A stretch of DNA of 64,000 nucleotides. Source: the human T2T-CHM13v2.0 reference genome, Homo sapiens. The DNA lies in the NCBI RefSeq assembly GCF_009914755.1, contig NC_060940.1; one strand, 5' to 3'. Below the pieces are notes generated by a model. It did no database searches. It saw only the letters and a list, made by a program, of their open reading frames with translations, and was not told where the DNA came from. Below, piece by piece: positions 61,216-64,000 of the stretch (within the stretch, counting starts at the first letter, position 1; each line of letters starts with the position of its first letter). A program made the position numbers and the translations under genes.

Positions 61216-63583
61216 TTCCTTATAAGCCAACAGGTACCGAATTTAGTGTAGGTCTAAGGGATATGTTGAAAGATGAAGGTTATAAGTGGAGGTTTCCGTG
61301 TTTAAATTCAGTGATGAGACTCTCTAGCTCTTCTCATTTTCTTAAATGTTGCCCAAAGAATCCCATAAACATGGAAGGAATCCTACCCAGGTGCTATATA
61401 AAGATAAGGATAGGGAGCCTCTTGGAGATATAATTGAGGAGCACCAGATGGGGAGTAAGATTTGGCTTCTCATGTTGGCATTAACGCTAATTTACCATGT
61501 GTCCTTGGCAAGGGCACTCTGCCTGTCCAGAATTTAGTTGCCTAGGCTACAGTGATTGCCTGTTCTGAATGGTTGATGAGAGCTATGTGGAGAAAAGAGT
61601 CTGAGGCCACTTACAATCACTGTGAGCCAGAATTCTGTAATTGATTAGGCATGTCTGCCCTGGACTTGGAAGGAGCAAGTGGTGTTGTGTATGCTGTATA
61701 TGTGCCATTCTCTGATGGCCTTTTATTTTCCAGCACAATGTTTTCTATGGCTTTTATGACTAATTGGAAAAATTCTGTAGCTTTCCAGTTTTTTTTTTTT
61801 TTTTTTTTTGTCCTGGTATTTTAAAAATGCAGCAATAATTGAAAACAATGAGGGAGGAAAATAAATACATCAAAACAATAGTCTGTACACTTACTTCAAA
61901 GGGATCAAATAAAGCAAATTATGCATGGGAGGGAGGTGGATTTGTACTTCCCTCGTTTGCAATATTATTAGTGTGATTAATATACAAAGACCAATATTTC
62001 CTGAAATTCATAATTTGCCCTATTCCTCCGTGAGCTTTGTGTTTCCCAGAATAATCATGCTGACCCATTTCCTTAAAAATGTATTGAATGCCTAAGTGCT
62101 CATTTTGCAAGGGCAGCAGCATAATTGGACACAGTGGGGAAACAGCAGAGAAGTGGTTTGCTTCCTGAGGAGAGGAGAATGTGGTGTGAGTACCGGCTGG
62201 ACGGAATGTCACACCAGGAGGGACCTCATCTCTGCACCAGTGTCACTGAGCAGAATGCTTAAGGGCTATTTATGGAATTAGGGCTGGAAAACTGCAGCTA
62301 ATTCTCAAAGAAGGGAGGGCTTCCCTGGATTATAAAATATGTGTTCTTTTGAATAATGGGACCGAATGAGAGTAGAATGTTTCAGCATTTTTTTCCTAAC
62401 ATGACAGCCCTTTGGGGATCCTGGTGATTTTACAACTGGATTTCATCTTCATGAAATTCTGTTATGTGTGATCGTTTCTGCTCCACCCTTCCCCTTAAAT
62501 AGTCACTTTAAAAGCATCTCTATCTTGCCTTGGAGATTGACTTTCTTGTTCCAGTTGTCTAGAAAAGTATTTCTATAGTGTGAGCTTTAGAAACTAGGAA
62601 CAGAGGAGGAAGATCGGAGTCCTTAGGTTCAAACCTATTTAAGGTCCGTGCTCTGCCTTGTACCTGCCTGTCTCTGAGTTTCTCTTAATGCTTTTCCAAA
62701 ACAGTTCATTAATGCAGTGACCTCGAGGTCTTGCTCAGATTTGCTTCCACTTGGACTGGTGATGAGAATTGCTGGTGAAGCTGGGTCCCTATGTGTTTGC
62801 AGGTCTGTTTAGTAGACTCAACTTCTGCACATGTAGCATCCACATGTCCAGTCTCTTCTGTGAGATGTGGACAGCGTCAGTGCCAGCATAAGGGAATCAG
62901 GGTTTGAGAACTCTCAATATGGGCAGGGTAGCCGTACTGTGTAAACCCATGGAGCGCCATTCCCATTGAATTCTACATCGTCTGCTCATCACTATGTAGG
63001 CCCCGATACAGATCTAACAGGGAAATTCTTGTAGTTTACTGAGGCAGGGCCAGCTGCTGGGTGAGATAGAGAGAGATGAGGCTGGAAAGTGGGTATGAGC
63101 CCGATCACAAAGCAGGTTATGTATTGTGATTGGGTTTGGAATTTATTCTGAATTCACTTGCCGTCAGTGGCATTTCAGAGAGGCCCCTTTAGCTGCACTT
63201 GAAAGGATGAGTTAGAGAAGCCCCAAACTGGAGGGAAGATACATTAAGACATGATTGCAGGGTGAGGTTTCTGTTAGTTCCTTGCATCTCTATGGCTAGC
63301 ACCATCCTGATCCAAACCACCATCTCCCCCGGGTGGTTGCAGTGGGGATCTGACGAACCCCTGCACCCCACTCGTCCCCACCTCCACACCGCAACCCAAA
63401 CAGCCTGATTATATTACCCCATAGGCAGCCTTTCAGGGACAGGGAGTTCACATTGCTCTCAGGAAGGAGACAAAAATCCTTCGTGTGGGTGGAGGCAAGG
63501 TCTTGCAAGATTTAAATGTCCTCACCCTCTACATTGTTCACTAAGTCTCCACACCACACCAGTCGCCTTGATTTTTTATCAAA

Positions 63584-63730
63584 GAAATGGGGTCTCACTG
63601 TGCCACCCAGCCTGGAGCACAGTAGAGCAATCATAGCTCACTGCAGCCTCCACCTCCTGGCCTCAAGTGATCCTCCTGCCTCAGCCTCCCAAAGTGCTGG
63701 GATTACAGACATGAGCCACCATGCCCATCC
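63584..63730 (-). mobile_element. Monomeric Alu (FRAM/FAM-like or recombined monomer)
   Basis: Single arm: GGGGTCTCACTGTG...CTCACTGCAGCCTCC...CCCAAAGTGCTGGGATTACAG. Confidence 0.85.
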
Positions 63731-63823
63731 CAACTTTATTTTTTTTCCATCCGTCCTCCATGTTCTCTGTCACTAAATGTGGTTCACTCTCTCTGGAACT
63801 TTCCTGAACCATTTTATTACCCC

Positions 63824-64000
63824 TGTCTTAGTCTATTTTGTGCTCCCATAATAGAATACCTGAGACTGAGTAACTGATAAAGAACAGAAATGTATTTTAT
63901 CACAGTTTCAGAAGCTGGGAAGTCCAAGATCGAGGCAATAGAAGGTTCCATGTCTGGTGAGAGCTGCATCCTCTGGAGGGGAAGAATGCCGTGTCCTCAC
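63824..64000 (-). mobile_element. MST-type MaLR LTR (cut by window edge)
   Basis: TGTCTTAGTCTATTTTGTGCT...AGAATACCTGAGACTG...GCTGGGAAGTCCAAGATC. Confidence 0.85.

Noticed and set aside
61154-61240. TDP-43-repressed cryptic exon around the (TG)n
   Set aside because: The AG inside the repeat lacks a polypyrimidine tract and the downstream donor is weak; host strand is unproven.

Overview
Primate (most likely human or another hominoid) non-coding euchromatic DNA. I find no credible protein-coding exon, structural RNA gene, CpG island or CRISPR array. The supplied ORFs are Alu translations, L1 ORF2p remnants, low-complexity artefacts or chance ORFs. The window is a mosaic of about 25 Alu copies, about 11 L1 fragments (one young 1.8-kb L1PA2/3-like), MaLR solo LTRs (THE1, MST, MLT1), DNA-transposon fossils (MER5A/B, MER8, MER20, Tigger13a-like), many L2/MIR relics and microsatellites, separated by repeat-poor unique blocks that may hold enhancers. 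The antisense bias of LTRs and L1s suggests the intron of a large + strand gene (inference; locus not identified). Best observations: (1) a complex L1 insertion at 27.6-28.16 kb carrying a ~170-bp templated copy of local DNA from 1.56 kb away plus a re-copied L1 piece; (2) two twin-primed, 5'-inverted old L1s within 3 kb; (3) a 1.2-kb polypurine tract; (4) two Alus inserted at the same target site; (5) an AP-1/ETS/GATA/FOX motif cluster partly built by a micro-duplication. I see no support for a new gene system. Subfamily names and old-repeat boundaries come from recognition by eye and need RepeatMasker/Dfam confirmation.
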